Assembly (NCBI GenBank): GCA_902543405.1
Contig: CACBYC010000002.1
Location: 13,747 to 77,746, forward strand
DNA length: 64,000 nt
Reading direction: 5' to 3'
Origin: an uncultured Pelagibacteraceae bacterium
GTDB taxonomy: Bacteria > Pseudomonadota > Alphaproteobacteria > Pelagibacterales > Pelagibacteraceae
The translations under genes and the position numbers were made by a program. Under the pieces are notes generated by a model. It was not told where the DNA came from. It saw nothing but the letters and a program-made list of their open reading frames with translations, and did not search any database. Shown here piece after piece: positions 61,568 to 64,000 of the stretch (positions are counted from its first letter, which is position 1; every line of letters starts with the position of its first letter).

Positions 61568-62395
61568 GTGCCGATAAATACTTTATTTAGAAAAGTTAGC
61601 CAACATAAAAGGTTTAATATAAATACCTATGATTTTTTTAAGCCTTCGTTTAACGTCAAACTAGCTGAAAGCAGAGGAGAAATAAAACTCGCACAAAAAC
61701 TTAGGTATAAAGTCTTCTTCTCCGAAAGAATTAAAAACCCTATATATAATATAGGAAATTTTAGAAGAGACTCTGATAAATTTGACAATTATGCAGATCA
61801 TATAATTGTGACCCACAAAAAATCAAAATTTTCAAAAACAAGAGTAGTAGGAACTTATCGTTTACTTAAGCAATCTGTTGCGGAAAAAAAAACAGGTTTT
61901 TATAGTTGTGATGAATTTAATTTAGATAATTTACTAAATTCTGGAGTTTACGACAATATGCTAGAATTAAGTCGATCATGTATATCTTATAAATTTAGAA
62001 ATAAAAATGTTCTTAAATTAATGTGGAAAGAAATATATAATTATATTAACAGAAATAATATAGATGCTTTGTTTGGTACGGCCAGTTTCTTAAGTACTAA
62101 TATTAACAAGATTGAAGATCAATTGATATATCTTAACAATTATCATAAAATGTCAGGTAACATCACAGTCAGTGCTTTACCAAAATGTAGACTAAATATT
62201 GATTATCAAAAAAACATTAATGTGAATATTAAATTAATTTCAAAATTACCAACTTTAATTAAAGCTTATATAAAGTTTAACGCTTCTATTGGGAAAGGTG
62301 CAGTAATTGATAATAAATTTAAGACAACTGATGTTTTTGTTTTTTTACCAATTGAAAAAATAAATAAAGAATATGTTAATAAAATTTTAGACTAA
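61568..62395 (+). CDS. olsB: GNAT N-acyltransferase, OlsB-like (ornithine lipid synthesis)
   Basis: AQKLRYKVF, D.FD...DH, VVGTYRLL, LELSRSC, LFGTASF, LPTLIKAY. Confidence 0.8.
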   Translation: MPINTLFRKVSQHKRFNINTYDFFKPSFNVKLAESRGEIKLAQKLRYKVFFSERIKNPIYNIGNFRRDSDKFDNYADHIIVTHKKSKFSKTRVVGTYRLLKQSVAEKKTGFYSCDEFNLDNLLNSGVYDNMLELSRSCISYKFRNKNVLKLMWKEIYNYINRNNIDALFGTASFLSTNINKIEDQLIYLNNYHKMSGNITVSALPKCRLNIDYQKNINVNIKLISKLPTLIKAYIKFNASIGKGAVIDNKFKTTDVFVFLPIEKINKEYVNKILD

Positions 62396-63132
62396 TGCAG
62401 CAAATTTTAGAGAAAATTTCAAAAATTGATGAAATCAAATCTATATATAAAGTTAATTATGAAGAGTTAAAACAGTCAAAGAATTTTTGGAAAAAAACTT
62501 TAGATATTTTTAACATTAATTACATCGCAGAAAATGTTGCCAATATACCTAAAGAAGGATCAAGTATAATAGTTGCAAATCATCCATTTGGATTATTAGA
62601 TGGACTTATAATTTGTTCAATAATTTGTGATATCCGACAGGATTATAAAATTTTAATTAACGAAGAACTTTCACAAATTGATCAAATAAGAGAGTACTTA
62701 TTGCCAATTAAATTTTCAAAATTTACAGAGGATATAAAAAAAAATATCATTTCTAAAAAGAAGGCAATTGAACACTTAAATGCAAATGGAATTTTAATAA
62801 CTTTTCCTTCAGGAGAAGTTGCTACATCCTCTTTTATTTTTAATGAGGCTAATGAAAGAAGATGGAAACCATTAATTGGATCTATAATTAATAAAACCAA
62901 GGCGGAAATTATTCCTGTACGTTTTTTTGGTAAGAATAGCTTATTCTTTCAAACAGTAGGCTTTATAAATAATAATTTAAGAAGAATTTTATTTATAAGA
63001 GAATTAATAAATAAAAAAAATCGAACATATAAGCTTAGTATTGGTGAAAAAATCTCCTCGCTACAAAAAGAAAAATTAAATAATAAACAAATTGTTGATA
63101 AACTTAGATCTATAGTTTTAAATATTAACTAG
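62395..63132 (+). CDS. Lysolipid O-acyltransferase (OlsA/OlsF-type domain)
   Basis: VANHPFGLLDG (HX4D-type), FPSGEV; TAATG-coupled to the olsB-like gene. Confidence 0.78.
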   Translation: MQQILEKISKIDEIKSIYKVNYEELKQSKNFWKKTLDIFNINYIAENVANIPKEGSSIIVANHPFGLLDGLIICSIICDIRQDYKILINEELSQIDQIREYLLPIKFSKFTEDIKKNIISKKKAIEHLNANGILITFPSGEVATSSFIFNEANERRWKPLIGSIINKTKAEIIPVRFFGKNSLFFQTVGFINNNLRRILFIRELINKKNRTYKLSIGEKISSLQKEKLNNKQIVDKLRSIVLNIN

Positions 63133-63260
63133 TAGACATGAAACTTTTCGACATGTAAATGTTTTGTAGTGTCGGCATTGCTTTTCCCTTTCTTTTTTGT
63201 CTCGAAGTGTGTCGTGAGTGTGTCGAGATTTTATTAAAACTTTACATGAAAGTTTATGGC

Positions 63261-63276
63261 GGGGGCTAACGCCCCC
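63261..63276. terminator. GC-rich hairpin between convergent genes
   Basis: GGGGGC-TAAC-GCCCCC, 18 bp past the stop of the minus-strand gene; no clear U tract. Confidence 0.5.
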
Positions 63277-63294
63277 ACAAGCTTAATTTAGTTA

Positions 63295-63999
63295 TTAATC
63301 TAAGCTATAAATTGTAACTGATCTTTCTTTATCAACTTCGTTAGCACTTATAAACAAGTTCCGTTGTGGAATAGCAACCAAACCTTCTGGTCCAACACCC
63401 GTTGGTAAAATAGAAACTAATTCTGGGTTTTTCAAATCGTTTGCTTTATAAACGCCGATAGCATTTGCTCTTTCAGCACCAACAAAGATATAACGTGTAT
63501 CACCATATATTGCTACTTCAACTGACTCTGGTTCTACACCTTTTTTCTCTGCACGTTTTTCTGGCCAGTAACCTGCTGAGGCGAGTGCTCTTTCATATGA
63601 CGAACCTGACTCGTATACCACTGAACCATTTTTATTGAAGATTGTCCATCCACGACTACCACCACGTTTTGCTTGACCTGGTGCTTCATGTTTATAGTCA
63701 CCTTCATTTGCGGTTGCAAAATGATCATTGCCAATCCATTTAACTGCATCTGGCTCTCTTCTAACATTTTCAATACTATCAGTCATGTTTAGTTTACCAT
63801 CTTTTTTATTATCGATACCTACAAGTGTTACTAATCCTGCATCAAATTCTGAAATTACTTTTCCATTTCGATCAATAACCGCCATCCAGTTATTCTCTTG
63901 CATAGTAACAACTATTTCACCTAAATTATTGATATCAACAAACTCAGGCTCTGGATCGTTAGGAGCAATAGTTGAAAAACCAACTAGGTCCGCTTTAGT
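63295..63999 (-). CDS. Alkaline phosphatase-associated/choice-of-anchor I beta-propeller protein, 5' end outside window
   Basis: Frame stays open to the window edge (…DPEPEFVDIN…VTMQENN); EPDA, TANEGD, KGVEPE, FVGAER, GVGPEGL, ANE. Confidence 0.75.
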   Translation of the reverse strand, partial: TKADLVGFSTIAPNDPEPEFVDINNLGEIVVTMQENNWMAVIDRNGKVISEFDAGLVTLVGIDNKKDGKLNMTDSIENVRREPDAVKWIGNDHFATANEGDYKHEAPGQAKRGGSRGWTIFNKNGSVVYESGSSYERALASAGYWPEKRAEKKGVEPESVEVAIYGDTRYIFVGAERANAIGVYKANDLKNPELVSILPTGVGPEGLVAIPQRNLFISANEVDKERSVTIYSLD

Positions 64000-64000
64000 A

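Noticed and set aside
63127-63160. TAACTAG...AAACT...TAAAT resembling motif M
   Set aside because: Distance between AAACT and TAAAT is 10 bp rather than the conserved 14, and the GA and AG positions are missing.
2196-63773. Short antisense or off-frame ORFs in the track (e.g. 3413-3700, 16833-17210, 36729-37109, 50697-50885, 60959-61201, 63534-63773)
   Set aside because: They lie within or across well-supported genes and show no recognisable motifs; shadow ORFs.
1-64000. tRNA, rRNA or riboswitch
   Set aside because: No cloverleaf, rRNA-like GC-rich tract or recognisable aptamer seen by eye in the few intergenic gaps; an Infernal/tRNAscan run is needed to exclude them formally.

Overview
Very AT-rich, gene-dense chromosomal segment with tiny or overlapping intergenic spaces. 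The gene repertoire and alphaproteobacterial LexA boxes point to a streamlined marine alphaproteobacterium, most likely Pelagibacterales/SAR11 (inferred, no search run). Most of it is backbone: cvpA-purF, gshA-gshB, yajQ, ltaE, fdh, msrA, photolyase, a ufa/cfa lipid cluster, pxpABC with a TRAP system, panB, gloA, guaAB, rlmE, pssA-psd, icd, alaS, recA, tolC, umuDC, olsB-like genes and a truncated phosphatase-like gene. No rRNA, tRNA, CRISPR array, transposase or integrase was seen. Two accessory patches stand out. Patch A (about 11.5-14.3 kb, between yajQ and ltaE) is a run of small or secreted ORFs punctuated by four copies of a bipartite motif AAACT(A/T/G)GA-N7-(G/T)AG(A/G)TAAA(T/A), signal-peptide stubs, a 10-bp phased tandem array and an exact 53-bp direct repeat bracketing a 1,121-bp unit. 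Patch B (about 56.8-61.4 kb) is an array of four secreted lyase/hydrolase-like genes headed by a 75-bp promoter-like module that is 62/75 identical to one inside patch A. Together they suggest an integrase-free gene-cassette system with a portable promoter; that interpretation is inference. All alignments and counts were done by eye.
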